Made by a program: the position numbers and the translations under genes. Below are positions 13,050-28,200 of a DNA stretch of 64,000 nucleotides, piece after piece. The notes beneath the pieces are model-generated. The model did not search any database. It was given only the letters and a program-made list of their open reading frames with translations, and was not told the origin of the DNA. Source of the DNA: Raillietiella orientalis (Eukaryota); the NCBI GenBank assembly GCA_036172245.1, contig JAYWIR010000001.1, positions 62,001-126,000 of the forward strand, written 5' to 3'. Within the stretch, counting starts at the first letter, position 1, and each line of letters starts with the position of its first letter.

Positions 13050-16000
13050 TAACCACGGGGAGGAGAAGCAGAAACAGAAATCCAGGTTCATGCTCGAATT
13101 TCATGGACTGGGATCCATGCTTCATTTCCGTTTTCATCTGCGGACTGATTGTCCACTCATGCAGGAAGCCAGGTTTCCCTCTCTTGGTTGCCGAGTCTGC
13201 CGTCAGAGTGCGACAATGGCTGACGCAGCGTTCCGCAACTACGTCACGCTCAGAAGGACGCCCCCTCGTTTCCTGATGATGAATTTTCGGACCACGTGCG
13301 GTTTTCCTGTTGCCCATCTCCTGTCTCTGAAGCTGAATTTGTTTTCCCAGGTGGCCACGGAAGCATTCGATGGGAAACTGCTTGGGAGCGATGGTTCCGA
13401 GGCATCACCGAGTTCACGGCCAGGCGCGCGAAGAAAACGTGAGAAGAAGACGAACACATGAGAAAACACTGCATCGGTTCCGAAACACACAGCAGCCTCA
13501 AACGGGCGATACGGAAAGCGCACACGCTTTCACCAAGCCTGGTCAGCGTTTCAGTAAGCTCGCCTACTCACCATGTGGTGACGTATCCGGCGACCATTCC
13601 CTGAGGGAAAGGTATCTGCCCTCGACGTGTCAGGCAGCGAGAAGCTGCTGGGCACCCATCCAACCACGTGAGCCCGCCCTGCGATGATGGCCTGCGAAGC
13701 GTTGCTGTGACGAAACGCTAGATCTGTTCTCTGGGAACATCGAATCGCCCCGCCGATTTCCAGAGGACATAAGCTTCCCAAGCAAATGTTCCGCATCCAT
13801 CTTCTTCATTACAGATGCGTTCACTCGACTTCGGTTTCGTCTCAGGGGACGAGGGACACTAGTGCAGCAGTCAACCTCCGTTTCCAAGTACGTTAGCCTT
13901 CGAAGAAATAACACACGTCCCTGCACAATCTACGAAATGCCGAAGCGTGCCTGTAGTCCCCAGAGCGCATCTCCGGCACGCGACCCTCCCCGCTGGTGGC
14001 ACGTAGCCTTCAAGTAAGCCTTCAGCGAGAAGCCGAAAGTAAGCTTTCGCGTGTGCCAGGAGTGGGGAAGCTCTAAAGTGGTTCGACCCACGAAGAACCC
14101 ATGTTCATCCTGGTTGGGGCCGTCTTTAGCTATTCTTCCGAAGCGGCCTCCTCCTCGGAAAGTGCACCAAGGTTGCCAGTAGCAGAGCAAGAACTCGCAA
14201 CTCGCACAGGAGGTGCCAGCACCCCAAAACTGTTTCACATCCGAGTTGGCTGGAGATGGGGATTGCAGTTTCGACTGCGGTTTCGAACCCTCCGTCTCTG
14301 ACCCGCGTACACGACCGCAAATGCTTCCCTTAGGCCTGACTGACCATTGCAGTTTCTTCAGGAATGCAAGCAGACTCTGGTTGTCATTCCCAAGGTTCAC
14401 CATCTGGTCCATGAAGATCTTCCGGAAGATCTAACATGCGACCTTAAGATCACTCGGGACAGCGAACGGGATGCGGATGCTATCTAGAATGGGATTTTGT
14501 ATTTCCCAAGCAGGAAATCGGAATGACGTAATTTCTTACCATGTACGAGTATGACCGAAATGTCGTCCCTGCGTCTGCACGTTGTCCTCTTAGAGACAAA
14601 GCGCCCTCATTAAATAAAGAATCCATGCGTTGATAACACGCCGTGTTATTAGTCGATAAGCGGGCGTTGTGCAAAGCAGGAAGTTTGAGCCATTGGAAAA
14701 CTTTCCGAAAGTATAGAGAGAAGATCGCATGCATTTGTGTGCCAACTGGTGGGTTTCCCAAAGATTGCTCAAAGGCAAAATCACCAAGGCAGTGAGAAAA
14801 AACATTTACCAAAAAGCAGATGCAAAAGAAAAACCCTCGGCTTTTCGAAGTGGCTCAGGAAATGCTGGAAAGGTGATTTTTGATCATCTTCCTACACCCT
14901 GGACGTCTTCTCGTGTCAACACGAGAAGATATCCACTGCTATAGGATGCTCACCGGAACTGGAAACAATCCAGGCTAGATATGGAGTGATTGTGGAAATA
15001 CTGTGGGTATCAGGTATGGTCAACGATCTGATAAAGATGGGCATGCCGACGTATACGTTAAAAAAAAAAAAAAAAAAACTTTCCATGAAGCAGAGTTCAC
15101 CGACCGTCTCTTTGCTCGGCTTGAGAAATGGCAGTCGAAGGATTTGGGCGCTTTGTAGTGGCGGTTAAAGAAAAGAACGTTGGTTCTCACAAAACTCCAG
15201 TACTCTCGCAACGAAAAGAGGAGACAACGCTAAAGGAAAGCACGGGATTTTTGTCTCGCTTGAAGATTGTACGAAGGTGCCATGAAGCTTTTGGAAGATG
15301 CGAAGCGAGGACCGGACAAGGGAGACATCGCGTTCTTGGACATGGCAATGTTTCAGTTGGGAATTTCTTACTTTTTTCTGTTTTGAATACTTACTTTTCA
15401 AGCCACCTTAGTATGCACAACCTAATAATACACGAGTATGAGGTGGTTCTCATGAGAACGAGTTTGCGCTTTTTTTTTTATATATATATACACAATATTT
15501 ATTGAATTGTACTAGAACGATCTCGAGACTCTCGATGGCATGCCATTATCAAAAAAGGAAGGGAGGAAACCAAAGGGTGTTGCTGGAAATTATCGAGGTC
15601 AAACACCGAAGTTCCTTCAACAACGGGAAGCCGGAAATTCCGCGGGAAGAGGTTTTCGAACGTACAGACAGGATTCCTCATCCGAAGAGCTGCCTCTGCT
15701 CCCCGGAAAGCTTCCTTAGCAAAGAATCCTTCCACGGGGCCGTCGGAAAAAAAGAGCGACCAGTGAAACGGGGCGGACAGTGGTCACATACTCAGGGATA
15801 AAAGCATCCAGTGGGCTGAAAGATATGCCGCCTTGAAGATCGTTCTGTTATGCAAGTCATACTTCCTATAGAAGCTGTACGAAAAGGATTCGTCCTCCTT
15901 GATGTAACGTGAAAATGAAAACAATGCTTAAAAGGAAAGCGGAGAGGAATTTGGTAACCATGGCAGAGTGGTGATGGAAATCCTTTTGTTCTTCAGATTT

Positions 16001-17400
16001 CGCTGCTTTCCTTCCAGCTTTTTCTTCTTCTTCTTTGGTTCGTCAAGTGCTGAAGAACCGTTCGTCTCCTTAGGGGGGGGCTCACGAAGCCCTTTAACAC
16101 TGCTCACCCACGCCACCCGACGGTGCATGTCACTCTACTCAAGTTGTAAGGGGTAACCCGGGGTTGTAGGGGGACCAACCCATGAATTCAGGAGGACTCC
16201 ACAGGAAGGAGTCCGTTGTTCTTACGCCTGGGAGGGAACCCCGAGGGGAACCACCTCTTCCTTGTTCTCTCCGGATGAGGGATCCCTCCTGGTTTGTGGA
16301 GGCCACCCCTAGTTTCTTCTTAGAAGGGAACCTGCAAGGGGAAGTGCTCCATGTGTGCTCCTCCTCTGAAGAGAACCTCCAAGGGAGCAGCGCGTTTCCT
16401 GATACTCTGGAGAGGCCCCCGAGGGGGGTATCTACCAGCCCCATGGTAAGCAGTGGAGGGTCCATCCTCCCGACAGGAGGGGAGACCGGAAGGACTCCTT
16501 GATTCCTGGAAGGATCCCGGAGGATTGTCAACTTCCGGGGCCCGGCCAGCCAAGGATGGCATATCCGACTTCCACCAGTGCCGCACCCGAATATGCCAAC
16601 CAGCTTCATCTTTCCAGGGGGGGGGGGGACACGAAGCCTCCTCTCCCCCTTCCCATTTCTCGGCGTCGATCCTTCCCTAGGTGGGATTCGTACCCGCGAC
16701 GCTTGGTAAGGCGCGCGGCGACCGGAGCCTCACGGCCGCCAGCGTGAGAGAGATACAGAGAAACGCTTGGCTGATCGGAGCAGATGCCTGTGACCTCGTC
16801 TGCAGTCGATTCTCCGCTTGCTAATTTCATCGCTTCCTCGATTTCCTGATTATCTCTGTAACAAGCGAAATATTCAACCTCCGATCCTCACCCCTTCGCA
16901 AAAATGAGGTATGCAGCCCGTTGCGCGAAGAACCACACTGTGGCTGTGTGGTTCTTAGCTCCGTCATTTCTCCTCCCTGTCCTTTCCCACCTCGGCTGCT
17001 GAGCCCATGGGGATATTGAATTCGAGTAAGAGGAGAGTTTTCAAGTGTCTAAACCATGCAATAATGTCTTATTTGCTCCTCTTTCTGTTTAAGTTCTCAA
17101 CCACATCTCGCATCGTTGCCTCAGGCCGCCAGCCTCTATAACCATGATCTACGGTGTTGAGTGGTCTCTTGGTGGTTAGAGGCGGATGTGCTGATTGATT
17201 ACAACGTTGCTGGGTTGGGTTTCTCCTCCCTCCTCTCTCAACTTTCATTTCAATCGGGCCAATTCTTTGATTTCTCATCTGCTCACTCACATTGCATCCC
17301 GTCGTCTGCTGACTTACCATGTCTTTTGAAAAACTTGCATCCCTCTTTTGACATTTAAAGTGAACTTTTGTTTCGCAAGAATCTCGGTGCACTTTTTTGT
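13050..17400 (-). mobile_element. Decayed L1/Tx1-like non-LTR retrotransposon (boundaries approximate)
   Basis: GC-richer block with degenerate ORF2 motifs in the correct order on the minus strand: RNYVIPISCLGNTK (~NxRPISLLNxDYK, ~14520), IFMDQ..LLAFLKKLQW (~FLDQEKAFD, ~14410), VRGSETEGSKPQSKLQSPSP (~G-RQGCPLSP, ~14290), LWKSAG..TATLRRPSSQGGL (~13760-13670), and a Cys-rich tail (~13520-13460). Many stops and frameshifts. Confidence 0.5.
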
Positions 17401-17599
17401 TCTCCTTTTGCAGTGCGGCCCTTCGAAATGCTTCGACTCGATTTTTGCTTCGCAAAAGATTTTACTCACGCATTCTCTGAACGCCACATCCGATTTGGGG
17501 GGAAAAAAAGGAAGGGGGGGGGGAGCGTAGGAAGAACTTCCATATCTTCAAGGATTAATGGAACGGGGACGCTACTGCTTTGCGAATGCAATTAAAGAA

Positions 17600-17890
17600 C
17601 ACCATATTTCTCGTATAGCAACACACATACAACATACTCTTTGGGGTGTTCTCAATTCTTCCTTGGAACGCTATATCTGGAGTTCATGAGATCGTCTCTC
17701 TCCATCTCTCGAATTCATGCCTAGTGATCACTATCAAAACTATTTCGGCTACTGTTGAGTCCAGTGATCAGGAAGAATTCATGCTCACGTTTAAACTGTC
17801 AAAAACCATCATTACATCAGTACACAAGTTCCCCCTCACCCCACGTTTGATCAAACACAAGTTCATTATCTTAGAAAGTAAGCTTTGAGT
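17600..17890 (+). mobile_element. Possible LINE AP-endonuclease fragment
   Basis: EFMLTFKLSKTIITSVHKFP resembles the LINE APE motif IEILTxEL..ITSVYKPP; short and isolated. Confidence 0.2.
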
Positions 17891-19996
17891 TCTTATTGTC
17901 TTATTGTATGCCTGTCAACTTACATTGAAATTCAAAGTTTGTAGTCCTGCATTAATTTAAGAAATATTCCTCTATAATATCCATGTACAACGATTACCTG
18001 TAATAATTCAAGGAGAATTTGGGGAGAGCACCGGACGATGTTAGAAAGCGACTTCCGTTTTCATCCTGAGAAATGGTAGGCTATGAAAACTATTCTTCTC
18101 GTTTTCTCTGAGGTTACAAAATTTATCTTTTATCACCATGCTGCAATCGGAGTTTGTTTATTCGAACTATAATTACAGCTTTTATAAAATTTAAACCAAA
18201 CTTTAGCATTTGGGTTTTATACTCTTGAATTGCATAAGAAATACTCATCAGTGCCTGGAAACAGCGCTTGGGCTAGGAGACTTTGTGGACTTTGGTTCAA
18301 GTTGCCTTTATATTTGCTGTACATCATTACGCCATAAATGTTTTCTCTTTTCTGTCTGTTCCACCATATTTCACTATGTCATTTAAATTATTAAAGAATC
18401 TACTTGATTCGTAATGATCCTCTTCAGTTTTGGGCCGATTCGCTATAAGCTGGAATTTTTTTTGTTTTTTTGTTCCTCCATGTCCTTCATAGCTGGCAAT
18501 TCTCAAGACCAGTCCAATATGTGGCAAAACAGGGACCAATACATACAACTAAAAACCTAAAGTAAATGGTGCGGGCTGCTGGAATGAATTCTTTTAGAGG
18601 ATTGGGAACGAAAACAGCACATATTCATTATTGGTTTTTCTTATTTTCACGCCTGCTCCTTTAGCATTCATCATGCAGTATTCATTTGGTTTTCTTCTCG
18701 ATTCCGAAAATATTCGAGGATCTTTTTGATGCAAAAGGCTACTACTAAATTTGTGTCAACAAAAGAGAAAATCGTGCCTTAACTCGTAAACTTGCAGTTT
18801 GAGTATCTTTTTTTTGAGTGTGTTGAAAAGGAGGTAGGAAAGGGCAAAATAACTAAACATGAAAGATAGGACACGGCAAATGAAACACATTGAAAGCGTG
18901 AAATTTCAAGAAATGGAATGGCTCATCTAAACGACTCAAATGAGAAGGCACGGTTAGGTAAACCAGAGGAATGCATCGTAAACAGTGTTCTCTCCTTCGG
19001 TAGATGCCTTCCCCCCCCCCCCCCCCCCTTTTCAGAATAAGATTAGCGTGGAAAAAACATCTTCAGCATTCGACGGCATCGCATTTCTCCGATGGAATGA
19101 TAAACAAAATTTCACCGTTTAAAAGGTGAATATTACCAGTTTAGAAAGTATTGAACTTAATGAGATCAATTAGGTTGAAAATCAACTCACATAACGGCCC
19201 AGCGATTAGAGCTACATCCATCTAGACAATTCCTAAAATTCTTGGGTATCACGCAAATACACAAAAAATACATAAATATGGGTGTCATCAGATACATGCA
19301 AAATGTATGGGAACAGCTGTCAAACTTTCAATTTTTTTCATAACCTTAATAAGTCTGCTCCTGTGTACACCTACACTGACAAAAAAATTAACACCTGTTA
19401 TCCGCTGACTTCAAGAAATGGAGAAATGATTAGGAATGCTAAACGTTTCCAGCGGACGAAACGATTTTGCCTTCATTTGAAAGGTTTTCAAATACAGACT
19501 CAGATAATTTGAAAGCACAGGAATTCAAAGTTCATTCGAAATCGGATGTGAAGATGCGGGGATGTATCATTCATAAACTGTAAGAAACGCAACAGATTAC
19601 AAAATCCCCGCTATTTAAGCAGAACTTTATCATTCTCGAAATGATTCGCTCCTGTGAATAAAGTTTTGAAGATCACGAAAACAGGAAATGAAAATTTCTT
19701 TAAGTCAATCTGTAATAAAACAGTATTACGATGAATCGAGAGAGATATATATCTCCCCTTTTTTGGATTATTCTTCGCAAACACAGCGTTCTCGGTTACA
19801 CGCATTGAATTAATTCGGAACGGGAAAAAAAAAAAAAGAATAGAAAATGGAAATATTGCAACCCACACAGATTTCAAGTCCCATCGTACAAAAGGCGGCA
19901 TCGAGGTCATTGTTTGCCTGGAGCTGTTAGGAGTGGTAGCGTAGTGCGGTGGTGCTTCCCTTCCGTGCAAAGTTCTCATCGGATTATCTCAACAAA

Positions 19997-21682
<1,686 letters not shown>

Positions 21683-22020
21683 ACATTTTACTGTGTACGC
21701 CCTGTTTACTTTCTACTTAATACTAGGGATTTGACTTGGTTATAAATAAAATACGTTTTGATATAATGGTTTTGAGTTTATTTGGTGCACAAAGTGGTTT
21801 GTCTTGAAATAGTGTGATTCCCTGAATTGTTTAGAATGTGTACTGCTTGAATGAGAAGGAAACTTGAGAGCAACTTCTTTTTGAGTCCTTGTCGCTGACC
21901 GTTTTCATTTTGATTCGTTGGTGCGAAAGCGGAGAACGTAGTGTGCCATCCTTAGCTGGAGTGTGAAGCTCCAAACAAGGATGAGATGTTGAGTTGTCGC
22001 GTGGTTGTTTTCCCTGTGAC
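21683..22020. repeat. Near-identical 3' flank shared by tubulin copies 1 and 2 (partner ~26002-26340)
   Basis: Direct comparison; includes the AATAAA at ~21745 and ~26064. Confidence 0.95.
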
Positions 22021-22974
22021 TGTTTGTGGTGAATGGTACTGCATCTCATCATTGAGAGGCTTGTGTAAGATTTCAAATTAATATCCAGTTCCTTTAATAC
22101 TCGACTTGCAACAGGCCTTTTGACGGCAAATCAATGGATCTCGGGGTTTGTTCAAGGACGAGAGTTTTGACATGGTAATGAGTTTCATTCTCATGCCACG
22201 ATTATTCCCAATTAAGGTATGTGTATTTATTAGAAATCACTGCAGTCGTTAATCATTTTAAAGTAATTTTTCCAAATTCACCATTTACTAATTTCATGGA
22301 AAAATGTCTGATAGCCCCTGGTCTAAACACTGCTCCTGCTGACTTGATGTTTACGTTTTTGTGCTGATAATCGCGTTTACATCCTGCCATTCGTGCTGCC
22401 GTCAAGGAAAGCTTGGATTTTTCAAAAGTGTGTCTAGTACAATATCATTCTCAAATCCATAAGTGCGCCAACCTGTAAATAAGCATACTGTTTTGCGTAA
22501 AAGTTCCAACTGCTAACAAATTCATGATCCGTTAATTAATACGTGATATTTAAATCAGAACCTTCACCTAGCACTTTTTCAGCCGAGCAAAAGTCCTGCA
22601 TGAAGGCTGTGAATCATCAGGACCCTGCTCCATCATAATATGACGATCAAAATCACAGTATTCCTAATGTAGCTTCCCAACAAGTCTCTCTGTTTGGGAT
22701 TTCTCAGAAAAACCGATAAGATTTTCACATCACTACCGATGTTTAAGAAGTATACTTATATAAATCCGCGATAAATAAGTGCATACGTTAATTTCTTTGT
22801 CATGCCTTGTTCTACACACCCTACGAATACAAAACTTTTGCGAATAGTAATGAATGGAGTGACAACATCCACATGCTTTCTCAGCAACAAAAAGTGTTTA
22901 GAAGTTTCTTTCAAAAAAAACAATGAAATTGAAGTAGTCCAGGCGTTTATGACAACCAATCTGACGATTGCGTG

Positions 22975-24305
22975 GCTCATACAATCCTTTCCAAAGTCTC
23001 GTAGCAGTCCGATCGTCATGATTCTGCCCCCATTAACTTTGAAGTACTTCACCTGCCCAATCATTCGTTTTGAGAAAGGAACTAGGCTCGCAAAACAGCC
23101 TTGCAGAAATGAACGTGGTCTTTCCATTCGGAATCACGATGTTACCTTGCAAAAACTCCTCCGCAGTATTGGCGGAAAAGTGCAACTACTTGCACAGACG
23201 ATTGCCAAAACTGCTCCGAACTTTCCTAGAGTCCACAAAAGGAATGCGACATATGCTCACAGCAAGACCTATTTCCAATTCCCAATCAAGCACTCGAGGG
23301 AGCCTGCACGATGTGTTTGGAAACACACCGTGAAAGGAAATAATGATTTGGTTAGTAGGTCCCGAACATTGCAAGCCTTCAAAAGTTATTCGGCAACAGT
23401 TAAGTTCGTTTGTCAGCTGATGTCGAATTCATGAAATGATGGCAGTTCAAAACAAATTCTTGTCTTTTGCTTCCACCTCGAAGAAAAAAGAAACGAAGAA
23501 AACAAGTGTACTGTATCGAAATTCATGCAAGTTCTCGCGTTTGTTTGGATTCATTCGAAATAATTCCCCAGTATAAACAAAATGGGAAAACCGAACGCTT
23601 CATCGAGGTTGGAGAAAGGGAGGGATGGGGATGGGAGTGAAGCAAAAGAAAAAAGAATGCAGTTCTTCGTTCATCGAATTGCCACAAGCTCCTTTAGTTC
23701 TCAGTCGTTTGCGAGAGTTTCAGATTTAATGAATTCAAAGGATGCAATTGAAATGCAACTACACCACGAAGATAGCCTAACGCCACTTCGGGTTAAGCTG
23801 TCTCAGCAACAAAAAGTGTTTAGAAGTTTCTTTCAAAAAAAACAATGAAATTGAAGTAGTCCAGGCGTTTATGACAACCAATCTGACGATTGCGTGGCTC
23901 ATACAATCCTTTCCAAAGTCTCGTAGCAGTCCGATCGTCATGATTCTGCCCCCATTAACTTTGAAGTACTTCACCTGCCCAATCATTCGTTTTGAGAAAG
24001 GAACTAGGCTCGCAAAACAGCCTTGCAGAAATGAACGTGGTCTTTCCATTCGGAATCCATGAGTAAAATTAATATGTTTTCGATGAGGAGTTCTCGATAG
24101 TTGTGTGAGTGAAGAACGTACTTAACTGGGAGCAGCATTTCGGAATTTTGTTAGGGAAAAAGAGATGGGCAACCTTGGCAACTCCAGCGGTTCAAATTGC
24201 GGCCGTTGCGGGAAACTCGTAACGAAAGTCTCGTTTGAGGAGCGTCGGGGAACCGTGCAAGTTGTTTGAAAGCCGTGCGGAAGTCGTTAGCCCCTTCCAG
24301 CAAAA
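22975..24305. repeat. Near-identical 5' flank shared by tubulin copies 2 and 3 (partner ~30375-31390), differing by indels
   Basis: Direct comparison; the same spurious ORFs recur in both (e.g. MGKPNASSRLEKG.. at 23582 and 30924). Confidence 0.95.
23804..24057 (+). repeat. ~255-bp local duplicate of ~22882-23135
   Basis: CAGCAACAAAAAGTG..CATTCGGAATC occurs twice; the paralogous site at ~31141 (TGTCTGAGTAAAA) is uninterrupted. Confidence 0.92.
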
Positions 24306-26001
<1,696 letters not shown>

Positions 26002-26749
26002 ACATTTTACTGTGTACGCCCTGTTTACTTTCTACTTAATACTAGGGATTTGACTTGGTTATAAATAAAATACGTTTTGATATAATGGTTTTGAGTTTAT
26101 TTGGTGCACAAAGTGGTTTGTCTTGAAATAGTGTGATTCCTTGAATTGTTTAGAATGTGTACTGCTTGAATGAGAAGGAAACTTGAGAGCAACTTCTTTT
26201 TGAGTCCTTGTCGCTGACCGTTTTCATTTTGATTCGTTGGTGCGAAAGCGGAGAACGTAGTGTGCCATCCTTAGCTGGAGTGTGAAGCTCCAAACAAGGA
26301 TGAGATGTTGAGTTGTCGCGTGGTTGTTTTCCCTATGACTGTTTATTATTGATCATAGTGCGTCTCTTTATTAGCATATGTGTACATTCGTGTTGGGATT
26401 GCTTTTGTATTGGAGTAATAGGTTTGCAGTTTGCTGCTAATTGGTGTCTTGGAATGTGAGAACTATCATTGGCATGTGTTCCTTTGTATGGTTTATCTTT
26501 TCGTTGTGCAGGATTTGTTCTCCCGATTAAAGAAAGGTGTTCGATGTAATTGTGAGATTGAAATACATAATGGGCATGAAGATTTACTTTTTTTGAATTT
26601 TGTGTTTGTTTGTTTTGCAGGAAATCGTGTTTAACTGTATTCTGAAGTAATTACAGATCCCATTTCTGTCTTATGCTGTGTTCTTAGTGAGAGGTTTTAT
26701 GTGAGCATTTTATTAATTTTTATCTCTCTTAAAGATTAGAGTGCAATTT

Positions 26750-28200
26750 TCCTGAAGTTTGAACATTTGATTTATGTTGTTCTGGAAATGCCATGCTGCG
26801 TTTTTCTGATTCTCGAGTATTTTTTCCTTTTCTAGCAATTCTTTGGCAACCACGGTTTTGTAATGTTTGTTTGCGAGATCCGTTACGTTTGCTTTGGAAA
26901 GTGTTGATTGTTCTTTCATCTGTTCCCGTTATATGATCCCGTTTGCAGTGCTCGCCGTAGATAAACCAGAGCTAGTTGGAATGCAGTTTTTTTTTTATGA
27001 ATTTCAGGTGTTATTTCGTGGACTGCCAGTCGAACAACATATATTGGCGCTAGCGACTGCTTTATTATAGAACGTTATTATGGATATTTAAGACTTGAAG
27101 GTTTCTTCCCATAGCAATGATTCCGGTGGTTTCCTTATGTGGTTTTGGCTTTCGTTTGCTGTCGCTTCGGTGTTCCTCTGGTTCTCAATGCACAAGGCCT
27201 GGTTACACTACACACGCTGCTAAGCAACGTATGTCATGTGGGAATGCACCTCAGCTACGTTACATCTGGAAGGCTACAGCTTTATGGACGTCAAGCTTTA
27301 AAGTTAAATCTTTGCCTAAGCGTTTGTTTAGATGTTTGGGCAAATGTTCAGGAAAAGTACGAAGGAAGTTCCACTGAAATAATCTTTTGTGTTTCGAGTG
27401 TTTAGATAAAGCTGTATATTCAATATTGTGGGCGTTGCGTAAGCGGAAAGAGCGCTTCGATGGGTCGGCAATACGAGAAAGTGATGCCAATTCAACATGA
27501 TTTCGATACCTCCTTGAAGCCTTCGTCCCTAGGATATGTGAATATATAGGTTCTAGTGCTAGTTTAAAGTGCAAGTTTAATAATTTGCATTGAATGCATG
27601 TAAAATCATAAATGTGCCTACATTTTATGTAATCCAGGAATGGAAACGTTAGTAAAATGTATGCATGCACCTTCGAGTTAATGGAAGATCAGTACATATT
27701 TTTCGGTATATACGTTTTGGTATAGGTTTCTTGTCTCGAATCAACCCGGAACATATGTGTTTTCTTTCATTGCGTTTTTACAAGCTCTTCTTTGCTTGAT
27801 ATTTCCTATCTGTTCCGAAACTGTGATCCACCTATGTGCTCAGAATTTATTCTTACAGTAATGACGATCAACATAAAAGTGTCCGGATCACTGCTCTCCG
27901 AGCTTATTTCCAGAATTGCCATACTCTTCTGCGATACCGTGAGGACCTCAATTGCCGTGCGATTGATTACCTCAATTAATTACCTCAATTAATGGATAGG
28001 ATCGGGAAACACAACTGTTTCAGCATACTAGTGTGATTCCGTGATGTGTCCTTATTACAAGCCCTTTTTTCAATCGCTGTAATCTGATGAATTTTCAGCG
28101 TTGGAATAACATTGAACGATTCTTTCTTCCTCTCTTTTTTCCCTAGCTGAAGGTCGGCTTCCAATTTATGCATAGCATTTGAAATATTATATTCTTTAAC
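26750..28200 (-). mobile_element. Possible decayed RTE-like LINE reverse-transcriptase remnant
   Basis: Broken minus-strand frames give GPHGIAEEY (~PGPDGIPAEFY, ~27940) and FIYGEHC..TGTDERTINTFQSK (~LLYGxETW..ERKLNTFxxK, ~26960-26890); this would account for part of the extra length of the second tubulin spacer. Confidence 0.3.

Noticed and set aside
16928-16956. 11-bp hairpin AAGAACCACAC/GTGTGGTTCTT
   Set aside because: Short, lies inside decayed LINE sequence, and has no supporting context.
23130-23230. Minus-strand FWQSSVQVVALFRQYCGGVF, resembling a trypsin N-terminus
   Set aside because: Flanked by stops, with no TAAHC or GDSGG motifs.
22802-23434. 210-aa + strand ORF in the first tubulin spacer
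   Set aside because: No recognisable domain, and the paralogous region at 30375-30762 carries indels that truncate or shift it.
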